IMG/VR virus record: IMGVR_UViG_2974725113_000001
Span: 87,074 to 151,073 of that record
Length of the DNA: 64,000 bases
Origin: Oliverocinquevirus OLIVR5
Lineage: Duplodnaviria; Heunggongvirae; Uroviricota; Caudoviricetes
Reading direction: 5' to 3' (one strand)
Position 1 is the stretch's first letter. Each line of letters begins with the position of its first letter. The notes under the pieces are model-generated. The model saw nothing but the letters and a program-made list of their open reading frames with translations. It was not told where the DNA came from and did not search any database. This document shows, piece after piece, positions 1 to 9,077 of the stretch. Position numbers and translations under genes: made by a program.

Positions 1-98
1 GAAGCAGGAAAATTCAATTTCCAGGAGACGAAGGATATCTTGACAGATATCAGTGTTTCTGCTCTCGAATGCAACGCCGATCCTGACAATGGTCGTAT

Positions 99-398
99 GT
101 GGATCGAAAACTGGAAATTCGAAAGGGTCCAGAAATGAAGATGATTGATAAAACCTCAAAAGTTTTCATAGTATCTGCGGTAACAACCGATGACGAAGAC
201 AAAGTCTATTCAATCGGAAAGCGGACTCCTCGTTTCCATTTTAATGGAACGAGTCTTCGGATGACTAACATCGACAAAGCAGAGAGGCTTACATTCGATG
301 ACGCCTGGGCAACGCTCAAGGTCATCCAAATGAAACACGAACAAGGCGATATCCTCTGGATCAAAGATTGGAAAATGGAGAGAGTCAATGACGTATGA
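99..398 (+). CDS. hypothetical protein
   Basis: 99-aa ORF codirectional with downstream genes; its 3' end overlaps the next start; no recognisable motif. Confidence 0.35.
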   Translation: MDRKLEIRKGPEMKMIDKTSKVFIVSAVTTDDEDKVYSIGKRTPRFHFNGTSLRMTNIDKAERLTFDDAWATLKVIQMKHEQGDILWIKDWKMERVNDV

Positions 399-915
399 AC
401 ATAAAGCTGTAGAATTCCTCGACGAACGAAATGCTCTCACTAAAGAGAAGCTCGCCAATCTTCGGAAGCTCGCCGATTATCTTTATGAGAAAGGTGAGCT
501 CCTTGAAGATTTCGACATGGGCACATATAACGTCGATTATCAGGTGAAGCCTCATGCTCTGAATACCGAAAACGAGTGCGGAACAGCAGGATGTGCAGTG
601 GGTCATGGCCCATTCGCCGGGATAAAAGCTCTTCGAAATGAAGACTGGGTTGGATATTTCGAACGCGTCTTTATCGACGACTCGAGTTCTATCCTTTTTG
701 ACTGGCTTTTCACGGGTTCCTGGGAAACGATCGATAACTCTCCAATCGGTGCCGCAAAGAGGATTTATATCTTCCTAGATGACCACGAGAAGATCGTCGA
801 CGTCCTAAAGGAAAAAGGCTATTTCTTCGATAGCGGATATCATGCCAATGGTGAATGGTATACCCATTTGACATTCGACTACGCCAGCCTTCTTCAGAAC
901 TTCAAAAGGAAATAA
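388..915 (+). CDS. hypothetical protein, paralog family A (copy 1)
   Basis: 175-aa ORF; shares conserved blocks (MxTYNxD, CGTxGCAxGxxPFAGI, W..., DNSxxGAAxRI) with ORF 1211..1732, so the two are tandem paralogs. Confidence 0.6.
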   Translation: MTYEHKAVEFLDERNALTKEKLANLRKLADYLYEKGELLEDFDMGTYNVDYQVKPHALNTENECGTAGCAVGHGPFAGIKALRNEDWVGYFERVFIDDSSSILFDWLFTGSWETIDNSPIGAAKRIYIFLDDHEKIVDVLKEKGYFFDSGYHANGEWYTHLTFDYASLLQNFKRK

Positions 916-1149
916 CTCTTGTTTTATCTCGCACTAGCACTTGCTTCTGTTCCACTTCTTCTGGCACTCCTCGTTCCTCTCAAGTTCACCTTGATGATCA
1001 TCAGCCACAAAGAGACGAGTATCGTCTTTAAGATTTACATCTGCATCCTGATGCTTCTGACTACGATTATGGGCGGAGACCTCTATGTCAAGTACTTCGC
1101 CAATGACGTTCTCAACTTCATTCTTTTCCTCTTTTCTGGCATTTAATCG

Positions 1150-1178
1150 TTTACAAACGAGAATTTGTTAGATACGGT
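1150..1178 (+). promoter_or_regulatory. early-type promoter candidate (TTTACA-N17-TACGGT)
   Basis: TTTACA -35-like hexamer, 17-nt spacer, TAnnnT -10-like; lies between the two paralogs upstream of an AAAGGAAAA Shine-Dalgarno and the ATG at 1211. Confidence 0.35.
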
Positions 1179-1210
1179 AATCTCAACTTAAACCTTAAAA
1201 GGAAAATACG

Positions 1211-1732
1211 ATGTCATACGATCCTGAAAGACTTACGCCTATTGAGGTCTTCGAAAATATCACGAACGAGTCTCGAGAAAATCTCAAGATGCTTTCGGCT
1301 TTTCTGAAAGCTAATGCGAATGCCCTCAAATTCGATATGACCACTTACAACGGCGACGAATTATTGCCTAATCAACTCGATACGAGTAATCATTGTGGAA
1401 CAGTTGGATGCGCACTCGGATTCGCTCCTTTTGCAGGAATTCCTTTTGATGAAGGAGACTCCTGGCCTTCATATTCCAAGAGGTTCTCAAAGATCGACAA
1501 TCCTGAATACAAAATCCCAGGCGATTTCATTTACGATTGGTGTTTCTCCTGCGATTGGGAACACATTGACAATTCTGCCCTCGGCGCCGCAAGACGGATC
1601 GACGATCTCCTCGAACGTCCACAGTATGTGGCAGACCATTTTGTCGAAAATGGCGTATTCTATAGGCTTTTTGCCTGGGACGCTCAGAATGCGGTAAATG
1701 TTCTCGCTATTCATCGTAAAGATGAAGACTGA
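1211..1732 (+). CDS. hypothetical protein, paralog family A (copy 2)
   Basis: 173-aa ORF preceded by RBS AAAGGAAAA; same motif blocks as 388..915 (CGTVGCALGFAPFAGI, DNSALGAARRI). Confidence 0.6.
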   Translation: MSYDPERLTPIEVFENITNESRENLKMLSAFLKANANALKFDMTTYNGDELLPNQLDTSNHCGTVGCALGFAPFAGIPFDEGDSWPSYSKRFSKIDNPEYKIPGDFIYDWCFSCDWEHIDNSALGAARRIDDLLERPQYVADHFVENGVFYRLFAWDAQNAVNVLAIHRKDED

Positions 1733-1989
1733 TGAAGTTCATCATCCACGTGAACCGAGGTCATATCGGTAGCAATGCCAAGGATGGTGGAAATCGTCCT
1801 GTCTACACCATCAAGGAAAGAGGCAGGACGAAGCCCAGGTACGCTCGAGAGGTTCACATTGATGGACCATCGAAACTCATTTACGACGGACGCCAGCTCT
1901 CATGTGGTGCCCGTGCATGGATAGAAACTGAAGGTCCTCTAAATCTAATTGATGAGATGGACTATGAACAAGCAAGGAAGTTTCAGTAA
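1732..1989 (+). CDS. hypothetical protein
   Basis: 85-aa ORF with ATGA stop/start overlap to the upstream gene; basic. Confidence 0.4.
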   Translation: MKFIIHVNRGHIGSNAKDGGNRPVYTIKERGRTKPRYAREVHIDGPSKLIYDGRQLSCGARAWIETEGPLNLIDEMDYEQARKFQ

Positions 1990-2288
1990 TGTGGCATATC
2001 GAATACGAAGCTGAAGTGCATTCTCGAGTCAATCGATATTTCCGTTCGATTACGACTTGCCGCTTCTCCACAGACGATCCTTATCTTTGGTGGTGCTACG
2101 ATAAGAAAAAGTTCGTTCCTATTGAAGAGACGAGCGGACAATATTCGAACCATAGCGAAGGTCCGAGGACGATCAAGGCTTTCAAGCGATTTCTTCGAAA
2201 GCATCCGGAGCTCAAAGGCTATGAGGTCATCTTTGTGAACCGATACGCAGGTCTTGGAGCTACTGCAGTCTGGATTGAAGAAAAATAA
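1989..2288 (+). CDS. hypothetical protein
   Basis: 99-aa ORF with start/stop overlap to the upstream gene. Confidence 0.4.
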   Translation: MWHIEYEAEVHSRVNRYFRSITTCRFSTDDPYLWWCYDKKKFVPIEETSGQYSNHSEGPRTIKAFKRFLRKHPELKGYEVIFVNRYAGLGATAVWIEEK

Positions 2289-2311
2289 TTCGATCTCTCG
2301 TCATTTTCTTG

Positions 2312-2340
2312 TTTACATCAAGGTTTAAGTGTTGTAGAAA
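2312..2340 (+). promoter_or_regulatory. early-type promoter (TTTACA-N17-TAGAAA)
   Basis: TTTACA followed by conserved spacer tcAAGGTTTAAGtg; a GGAG Shine-Dalgarno and the ATG at 2382 lie downstream. Confidence 0.45.
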
Positions 2341-2381
2341 TAATTCATCAACAACACAACAACCTCTACGGAGACAAGACA

Positions 2382-2777
2382 ATGACCGAGAACAAATCCA
2401 AGATCATCGTATCCTACCCTGCATACACGATCATCTCTCCGGCTCATAACAAACTTCGCCACGGTGAGTCTATCATGGTAGAATTCGATGCTATCCGTGG
2501 TGGAAAACTCTGGAGAGAATTCTGTGTTGGTACAGTCGCTTCTTACGCCATTGAATATTTCGAATGTCCGATCAAGGCAGTAGAACGTGCAAAGGCAAAT
2601 GGCCACGAACTCCACTATGCATTCGGATGTGGTGCAACGATCACCTCCCACAAACGTGACCACGAATTCAAGAAAGGTTTCCGATTCGGAGATGAAATCA
2701 TCCTCGAAGGTTACGTCTTCGAAATCGTCAAAGCTCCGAACTCCAACATCGCCCTGAAAATGGTTCGTGAAGCTTAA
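2382..2777 (+). CDS. hypothetical protein
   Basis: 131-aa ORF with GGAG RBS 8 nt upstream; downstream of an early-type promoter. Confidence 0.5.
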   Translation: MTENKSKIIVSYPAYTIISPAHNKLRHGESIMVEFDAIRGGKLWREFCVGTVASYAIEYFECPIKAVERAKANGHELHYAFGCGATITSHKRDHEFKKGFRFGDEIILEGYVFEIVKAPNSNIALKMVREA

Positions 2778-2919
2778 TTCCAACGAGGTGGACAGAAATG
2801 TCCACCTCCTTCCATGGAGAATAAAATGGAAATCTTTCTTCAAATCTCCCTCACCATCCTCTTCGGTTCCTTCTTCTTTGGCTTGAGCTTGCTCGCCCTC
2901 ACCAAGCAGGAACTCTGAA

Positions 2920-3141
2920 ATGTCAATTTCAATCGCAAGTCTTTTTCTCCTTTCGGCACTCTCATCCGGTCAAGTTGAGAAAGAGGTTGAAGCGAAATTC
3001 GAATATCGATCTGAAGAACATTGTCTCCTGATCATATCGATCGTCGAAGAAGAACTCAGGATCAACAAACTCCTCGGAAACATCAGCGATAAGGCTGTCG
3101 TTTTCGAATGTGGAAAAATCAAGAAGGTGATAAAGCAATGA
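2920..3141 (+). CDS. hypothetical small protein
   Basis: 73-aa ORF with N-terminal hydrophobic segment; ATGA overlap with the next gene. Confidence 0.3.
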   Translation: MSISIASLFLLSALSSGQVEKEVEAKFEYRSEEHCLLIISIVEEELRINKLLGNISDKAVVFECGKIKKVIKQ

Positions 3142-3677
3142 CACGATCTCCGAAGCTTGAAATGAAGGCAATGCTTTTCGCAGCAGATGCTCACGAGAAC
3201 CAGGTCCGGAAGTACACTGGCGAACCTTACATCCGTCATCCGATCGAGGTTACTTCTATCCTCTCGACGTATTTTCCAGATGACTCTATCATCCTGGCTG
3301 CTGCAGCTCTCCATGACGTTATCGAAGATTGTGGTGTGATTCGAGAAACACTCGAAGATGTTTTCGGCCACGAAGTTGCTCATCTCGTCGACGAGGTCTC
3401 TGACAAGTTCTCCGATCCTGTCCACGGCAATCGTGCAAAGAGGAAGGCTCTCGAAGCTCATCGCCTCTCACATTGCTCTATCCGAGCCCAGAACATCAAG
3501 CTCGCAGATTTCCTCTCGAATTTTCCTTCGATCCTTTTCCACGACGAGTCTTTCGCTAAGCTCTACGCTAAGGAAAAGAGATACCTCATTAACCTCATCG
3601 ATCCGAAGGTTAATCCTCTCCTTCTGACTCGCGTGAAGAATATGATCGAAGATGCAGAAAAGCGGTTTACAAACTAA
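3138..3677 (+). CDS. HD-domain (p)ppGpp hydrolase, SpoT/RelA N-terminal hydrolase-like (Mesh1-type small alarmone hydrolase)
   Basis: Matches the SpoT hydrolase domain: AADAHxxQxRKxxGEPYIxHPxEV, AAALHDVIEDCG, LVDEVSDK, RAKRK...EAHR, IKLADxLSN. The in-frame ATG at 3138 has RBS GAAGGTGA; the track start at 3108 is upstream. Confidence 0.7.
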   Translation: MTRSPKLEMKAMLFAADAHENQVRKYTGEPYIRHPIEVTSILSTYFPDDSIILAAAALHDVIEDCGVIRETLEDVFGHEVAHLVDEVSDKFSDPVHGNRAKRKALEAHRLSHCSIRAQNIKLADFLSNFPSILFHDESFAKLYAKEKRYLINLIDPKVNPLLLTRVKNMIEDAEKRFTN

Positions 3678-3694
3678 TCCTTCTGGTCTATAAA
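3666..3694 (+). promoter_or_regulatory. sigma70-like early promoter (TTTACA-N17-TATAAA)
   Basis: Near-consensus hexamers at 17-nt spacing, overlapping the stop of the hydrolase gene and upstream of 3726. Confidence 0.5.
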
Positions 3695-3725
3695 GAAATC
3701 CCAAGCATGAAACAAGGAATTCGTA

Positions 3726-4292
3726 ATGCATAACTACATCACCATCCGCAACAACTTCCTCCGTCACGTTGAAAAGAATGTTCGCGGAATTCCTTTTGAC
3801 CAGAAGGTTACTTACGTCAAGGAAAACTTCAATTCTCTCTTCGCGTCTTTCGAACAGAAGAGCTTCTTGAACTCCAACGCTGCAATCCTCCTCAAGCAGA
3901 AGACCGTTCTCGAATTCCGCACTCTCGAACGGAAGGTGACTGAAGACATCGCGAAGCATCAGGAACAGATCGACCTCACTCGACGCATGGATATCATTCG
4001 TGCATCCGATCGTGAAGACATCAAGAAGCGCGAAGATCGAATTGCGTACCTGAAGTTTAAGTACAATGCGAAGACCACCCAAGTTGATCGCGATTTCATT
4101 CCTGGAGAATTCTTCGACGAGAAGACCAGGTCGCTGAATATTTTCAAAAAGGATATTCACAATGCCGTAGAAACACGGTATAAAATAGATAAGATCGCCG
4201 ACAGCTTCTTCATTTATCCAGAAAAGGAAAAGATCGAAGAAGAGACGAATGAAATTGTCAATGTCGTTGAGTCCCGCTACTATCGAGCGTAA
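3726..4292 (+). CDS. hypothetical protein
   Basis: 188-aa ORF immediately upstream of the gp32-like gene; no motif recognised. Confidence 0.45.
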   Translation: MHNYITIRNNFLRHVEKNVRGIPFDQKVTYVKENFNSLFASFEQKSFLNSNAAILLKQKTVLEFRTLERKVTEDIAKHQEQIDLTRRMDIIRASDREDIKKREDRIAYLKFKYNAKTTQVDRDFIPGEFFDEKTRSLNIFKKDIHNAVETRYKIDKIADSFFIYPEKEKIEEETNEIVNVVESRYYRA

Positions 4293-4352
4293 TCGGTAGA
4301 ACACCAAAGAAACCCAAAACAGACTACCCCAGAAAAACCCAAGGAAATCCCA

Positions 4353-5312
4353 ATGTCTTTTGCAAGTCTCCGTGAACGCGCCAAGAATATCGAAGAAGTC
4401 CGTGATGAAGTCGCTCCTAACGAAGGTGAAGGTGGCGATCGTTATCTCCAGATTGGTATCGATAAGACCGGCGTAGCATATGTTCGTGGTCGTTTCATGC
4501 CAGCTCCCGACGGCGAGCGCTCCTCGATCGTCACGTCCGAACGTTTCAAGTTCCAGAATGACTCTGGCACCAAGGAATACTACGGACTCTCCCTCCGAAA
4601 TCTCCCCGATCCTGACAATCCTTCCAAGCGCCAGCTTGATCCTGTTCAGCCTTACCTCGATGCTCTCTGGAAGGCAGGCGACAAGGACCTCTATCGCAAG
4701 CGCAAGAAGAAGACTCCGACCTACGTCAACTTCTACGTCGAAGAAGACAAGGTCAACCCGGAAAACAACGGCAAGGTTTTCCTTTGGCGTATTCCGTACG
4801 AAATCCACGACATGGTCAAGGTTGCACTGAAGCCTGTCGAAGACAAGTACGATCCGTCGAAGACTCCGAAAGCTTTCAATCCGTTCGACCTATTCGGCGA
4901 AGCAGGTGGTCGTGACTTCATTATCCGCATCAAGGATAAGGATGGCAAGAACGACTACAGCGGTTCTCATTTCGCTGACAAGCCGAATGCTTTCCTCGAC
5001 GGTGACGAAGAAAAGATGGAAGCAGCCTGGAAGTCCTGCCACTCGCTCTTCCACTTCGTTGATCCGTCTCGTCACAAGACTCGTGAAGAACTGATCAAGA
5101 TGCTGATCGACGTTGTTGGTCCTCGCGACAAGTATCTCTCGGAAATCTATCCGGAAGAGTGCGAAGAATTCCTCTCCAAGGGTCGTGGCTCTAAGTCTGA
5201 AGAGAAATCTGAAGGCAAGCGTGAAGAACGCGAGGAAAAGAAGTCAGAACCGAAGAAGGAAGAAAAAGCTCCGAAGTCTTCAGCTGCCGAAGACCTCGAC
5301 ATCGACTTCTAA
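4353..5312 (+). CDS. 32: ssDNA-binding protein, T4 gp32-like
   Basis: Block YVNFYVEEDKVNPENNGKVFLWRIPYEIHDMVKVAL matches T4 gp32 [37 protein letters not shown]; a Cys/His cluster follows (WKSCHSLFHF); the C-terminal tail is acidic (DLDIDF); 319 aa. Confidence 0.75.
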   Translation: MSFASLRERAKNIEEVRDEVAPNEGEGGDRYLQIGIDKTGVAYVRGRFMPAPDGERSSIVTSERFKFQNDSGTKEYYGLSLRNLPDPDNPSKRQLDPVQPYLDALWKAGDKDLYRKRKKKTPTYVNFYVEEDKVNPENNGKVFLWRIPYEIHDMVKVALKPVEDKYDPSKTPKAFNPFDLFGEAGGRDFIIRIKDKDGKNDYSGSHFADKPNAFLDGDEEKMEAAWKSCHSLFHFVDPSRHKTREELIKMLIDVVGPRDKYLSEIYPEECEEFLSKGRGSKSEEKSEGKREEREEKKSEPKKEEKAPKSSAAEDLDIDF

Positions 5313-5330
5313 GATTTCGAATTATCCCCT

Positions 5331-5358
5331 CCAAGGCCAGATTTTACTCTGGCCTTGG
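5331..5358. terminator. bidirectional stem-loop between convergent genes
   Basis: CCAAGGCCAGA-ttttac-TCTGGCCTTGG, an 11-bp perfect stem, preceded by ATCCCCTC as in the PeSL hairpins. Confidence 0.5.
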
Positions 5359-5364
5359 GTAGGG

Positions 5365-7293
5365 TTATGGCAGGACCATCATGCCGTTCACACCCATGTA
5401 ATCACGAGCGGAAACAGGATCACGGTCACGGACAGAAAGTCCGGAATCATAGTAAGCATTGTTCTCTACCTTTGTGGTCTTCACGGAGTTGACATTCGTA
5501 TTCGAAGCCTTGTCAAGAGCGGCAGCAAGAGAATCGTTAATGGCTGAAAACGCGGCTTCAGCATTAGCATTCTGAGATGCAGCATTCTCTCGAATCCTCG
5601 AAGAAGTTTCGATCGAAGACATTCGCTGGCCGATTCGTTCAGCGTACGAAGGACCTTCGGCGAACGGATTGAAATCAGAGAACGAAATCTCCTCATACAT
5701 TACAGAACCGAGGTTCTTCGCATAGTCGAAAGACTCCTTCAACTTGTTCTTCATCCCAGTGATGATGCTCGTGATAGTATCGGGAATTTCTTCCGTGAGC
5801 ATATTCATGAACGAATCCCAAGTCTCGGTGATCTTCGTCTCAACAATCCCGTAAGCGAGACCGCTCAACTTCTCCACATTGGACCACCATTTCTCGATAG
5901 GCTTAGCGATGTTCTCATCGTACGCACCGACGATAGAATCTACAGTGCCCATGAAAGCGGCTTCCACCCTCAATGCTGCGGCCGATGTCCAATTACTGAG
6001 AGCTCTTTCCTTCTCTGCAAACCATTGGACGACAGAGTTCGGAACGAGTGCAAGAAGAGCACGGTCCATGGAGCTCGAGACTTCTCCAGCCCAGTTACCG
6101 AATTTCTCGAAGAAGCTGGCATCAGCAAGAGCCATTTCCTTTTTGAAGCTTTCTTCCTTCTGTTGGATTTTCTCCAACTGCACTTTGCCATCGGCGATGA
6201 TCTTTTCGTTCGTGTTGATTTTCCTTCGAAGGATATCAGCAGTGGCGCTATTTCCAGACAATTCAGCCTGAGTCAACTGAACACGAAGTTCGGAGATTGC
6301 CAGGATGGATTTCTCAATAGCCTCGTTGATAGAAGAGGATTTCTTCTTCATATCGTCGATACGACCTTGGAGACGATCCTTGTCCGTGCCGAAGACAGAC
6401 TCAGCCAATTGATAAGTTCCGTCTACCATCGTGTCCAGAGCGCTCTGGATATAATCGCCGAATAGATAATCAACAGCGAGGGCTGCTGCTCCCAGGGCTG
6501 CTCCCACGGTGCCACCAGCAATGATCCCTGGAATTCCGAGAGGAAGACCAAGTGCTGCACCAGCTGCAGTCCATCGGCCGAGAGCATGGAACTTCGACAT
6601 GATATCGTTTTCCACACCTACGAGAAGAGCTTTGATGCCACCAGCAATTTGATTATCTCCGGACTCCGAAGCGTTCAGTGCACCCTTCGTGTAATCGGCG
6701 ATCGAGTATACGAGACCTTCGATAGCCGTGCCGATGATCGATACGAGAGCGATGCCTTTCAGAGCGATAGGAATGGCAGCCAGGATTCGAGTCTTCAGAC
6801 CCAAGAACATCGCCTTGAAGATTTCATCGGCAGACTTCTTAGGATTGACTTCTTCGACAGGATCAGAGGTCGGTTCTTGGAACTTCTCTTTTTCCTCTTT
6901 CTCCTGCTGGCGATTCTCCTTCTCGGTGTCCTTGAAGAATTGCTCGATCTTCTCAAGAGCGTCGACGGTCTCAGAAAAACCTTGCTCCGTCTTCTCCGTC
7001 AGGATTTCGAGCTGATCCTTCCTGCGAGGAGTATTCGTGGCCTTATGGAGAGCGTCACCAATCTTCCGTTGAGCAGCAGCGAATGCTTTCCCAACAGAGT
7101 TGATTTTCGCTGCGTCATAAAGAGTCATGAAGGGCTCTTTGAGCTGATCTAAGACCTGCTCACTTTTGCCCATCATGCTTTTCGCTACGGAGTCGAATTG
7201 GTCAGTGAGTTTCCTCACAGCCTTGTCGACTGTTTCCTGAACAACGCCGGCCACTTCCTTCTCGAAATTTGCGATCTTAGGAAGTGCTGCCAT
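5365..7293 (-). CDS. tape-measure-like protein (T4 gp29-like size), glycine-zipper hydrophobic core
   Basis: 642 aa; coiled-coil-prone N-terminal region; central Ala/Gly-rich hydrophobic segments (GAALGLPLGIPGIIAGGTVGAALGAAALAV); sits in a minus-strand tail/baseplate cluster beside a tube-family gene. Confidence 0.35.
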   Translation of the reverse strand: MAALPKIANFEKEVAGVVQETVDKAVRKLTDQFDSVAKSMMGKSEQVLDQLKEPFMTLYDAAKINSVGKAFAAAQRKIGDALHKATNTPRRKDQLEILTEKTEQGFSETVDALEKIEQFFKDTEKENRQQEKEEKEKFQEPTSDPVEEVNPKKSADEIFKAMFLGLKTRILAAIPIALKGIALVSIIGTAIEGLVYSIADYTKGALNASESGDNQIAGGIKALLVGVENDIMSKFHALGRWTAAGAALGLPLGIPGIIAGGTVGAALGAAALAVDYLFGDYIQSALDTMVDGTYQLAESVFGTDKDRLQGRIDDMKKKSSSINEAIEKSILAISELRVQLTQAELSGNSATADILRRKINTNEKIIADGKVQLEKIQQKEESFKKEMALADASFFEKFGNWAGEVSSSMDRALLALVPNSVVQWFAEKERALSNWTSAAALRVEAAFMGTVDSIVGAYDENIAKPIEKWWSNVEKLSGLAYGIVETKITETWDSFMNMLTEEIPDTITSIITGMKNKLKESFDYAKNLGSVMYEEISFSDFNPFAEGPSYAERIGQRMSSIETSSRIRENAASQNANAEAAFSAINDSLAAALDKASNTNVNSVKTTKVENNAYYDSGLSVRDRDPVSARDYMGVNGMMVLP

Positions 7294-7294
7294 A

Positions 7295-7660
7295 TTAACC
7301 TACCTCTCCGTCTTTTCCGGACTTCAGTTTGTTTGCGAGTTCCTTGATTTGGATGAACTCGTCGAATACCTTCTTCCGATCCATGCCGAGTTCTTCAACT
7401 GTCGATCCGCCGAAGTAAGCTGCAATAATACCACCGCAGAACAGAGAAATCTGAACGAAGAGAGCGGTGTACATTTCAACGTCTCGAGCTTCCACCTTGA
7501 TCAGGAGAACGGTTCCGACGAAGAAGTAGAAGAACAGGGTCAGGAAAGCGATCCATCGACGGTAAGTCCATTTCCTGTTCTGATACGTGACGAATTCCTC
7601 AGGTGAGATGCGTCCGTCATGGTTGGTATCGATAGCGTCGATTTCCCTTTCGCTAGCCAT
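7295..7660 (-). CDS. EF-hand-containing small membrane protein
   Basis: 121 aa; canonical EF-hand loop DTNHDGRISPEEF near the N-terminus followed by two predicted TM helices; its stop is 1 nt from the start of the tape-measure-like gene. Confidence 0.5.
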   Translation of the reverse strand: MASEREIDAIDTNHDGRISPEEFVTYQNRKWTYRRWIAFLTLFFYFFVGTVLLIKVEARDVEMYTALFVQISLFCGGIIAAYFGGSTVEELGMDRKKVFDEFIQIKELANKLKSGKDGEVG

Positions 7661-7831
7661 GTAGTTTCCTTTGCTGGTTCTTCTTTTCTACAAACTCTCG
7701 AGCTATTGCGAGGTAGGCTTCCCGTTCCAACGGTGGCAGGCTTTCAATCTCATCGATCGTCCAGTTCATATCCGGAAGGAGCTTGAAAGCCATGTTGGTT
7801 TTAATGTGGACGGCTAGGGAAGAATAAGCCG

Positions 7832-8533
7832 TCAGGAGGAGAAAAAATCCTTGAGGTCCTTGACCACAACTTCATTATCTTCACCGCATTCGATGCACTT
7901 GAACTTGTTCTCGTATGTGATCTTCGGATAGTCGAGCACGAATGCAAGAGCACGAGTGTAGACGTTCTTGAGAGACATGAAGAAGGCTTCAAACTCTTCG
8001 AGCGTGAACTCTTCATCGATCAGGTCTTCACCGACGTAAATCTCTTCGACGCAAGCCATGATAAGACGGATTTCAGAACTGTCATCATCAGGAGTTCCGC
8101 TGAACATATCCTTCGATTTCGGAGTCCTGAGGACGATCGTCACAGGAGAACCTTCATGATGAGAGTCGAGTACCAATTCGTCCGTAAACTTCTCAGGGAT
8201 GTTCAGCTGATGAGTGCCGATCTTGACAGGATGAGCTTTTCCGCACGACTGGCATGCGATAGAAAACTCGATAACGTTCGAGTGGGACACAGAACGGATT
8301 TCTGTGAATAGATACTGAACAGCACCGATTGGAAGCTCCCTGGCGTCAACGTCGGTACAAGAAGTGACGATATCGAGGACTGCGTTGATAAGAGAGTCAC
8401 GATCCTTCTTCAATCTGGCTGTCAGGAGGACTTTCTCCTCTCGACCCGTGAACTGCTTCAGTTTGATTTTCTTGCCTTCGAAATCGATCGTAGAGACCGA
8501 GACGTCGGACTTCTTAGATGGTAGCTTTGCCAT
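7832..8533 (-). CDS. hypothetical protein with two CxxC pairs (zinc-ribbon-like)
   Basis: 233 aa; CQSCGKAH and CIECGEDNE motifs; lies in the tail/baseplate cluster. Confidence 0.45.
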   Translation of the reverse strand: MAKLPSKKSDVSVSTIDFEGKKIKLKQFTGREEKVLLTARLKKDRDSLINAVLDIVTSCTDVDARELPIGAVQYLFTEIRSVSHSNVIEFSIACQSCGKAHPVKIGTHQLNIPEKFTDELVLDSHHEGSPVTIVLRTPKSKDMFSGTPDDDSSEIRLIMACVEEIYVGEDLIDEEFTLEEFEAFFMSLKNVYTRALAFVLDYPKITYENKFKCIECGEDNEVVVKDLKDFFSS

Positions 8534-8553
8534 TTCTTTTCCTTTGTACTAAC

Positions 8554-9075
8554 TTACACGAATGTGGTATAACGAACAGGGACATTAATCGTAGCGATCT
8601 GATTTCCTTCTTCGTATCCGAGAGTCACGGGTCCAACGGACTCTGGAAATGCTTTGATCAGAATGATCTCTTGGATGATGTTTCCTTCACCAGCCATTCG
8701 ACCCATAGGATAGAGTCTGAACTGACCTACGAAATCATCCTCATATCCAACGAGCTTCGATTCGTGATCGACTGCCAGACGAGTCCAATCATTGAAGAGC
8801 TCTCGAACGATCAGGTTCTTTCCGATATAGAATTTGAAATCTGTCGTCGTGACGTTGGATGTATGAGGTCGATAAATCGAGTTCGACCTTTCGTATTCTT
8901 TGACCTCGAGAGAGAAGCCAGGAAGTGATGCGGAAGAACACGTAAGACCAATCAGCCGCATGTGTTCTTGATACTCTTCCTGGAGACCTTGAGGCAAATC
9001 GATCTCTACGCGATATCGGTTTGGTCTGAAGAAACCTCCGGTATTCTCGATCATGTACATCAGCTCATCATGCAT
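8554..9075 (-). CDS. tail-tube family protein (gp19/gp48/gp54-like)
   Basis: FFRPNRYRVEI, CSSASLPG, FNDWTRL and the C-terminal block FPESVGPVTLGYEEGNQIATINV align with T4 gp19 FARPNLFQVEI, CKATALPAG, FDDWTV, WPTNVGELQLDWDSNNEIQTF. The chosen start ATG at 9075 leaves a 2-nt gap to the upstream gene; the track start at 9171 would overlap it. Confidence 0.55.
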   Translation of the reverse strand: MHDELMYMIENTGGFFRPNRYRVEIDLPQGLQEEYQEHMRLIGLTCSSASLPGFSLEVKEYERSNSIYRPHTSNVTTTDFKFYIGKNLIVRELFNDWTRLAVDHESKLVGYEDDFVGQFRLYPMGRMAGEGNIIQEIILIKAFPESVGPVTLGYEEGNQIATINVPVRYTTFV

Positions 9076-9077
9076 CT

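Noticed and set aside
3468-4808. 446-aa ORF on the minus strand
   Set aside because: Lies entirely antisense to the well-supported gp32-like gene and its neighbour. It is low-complexity, has no RBS, and is the typical long antisense frame of a biased-composition coding region.
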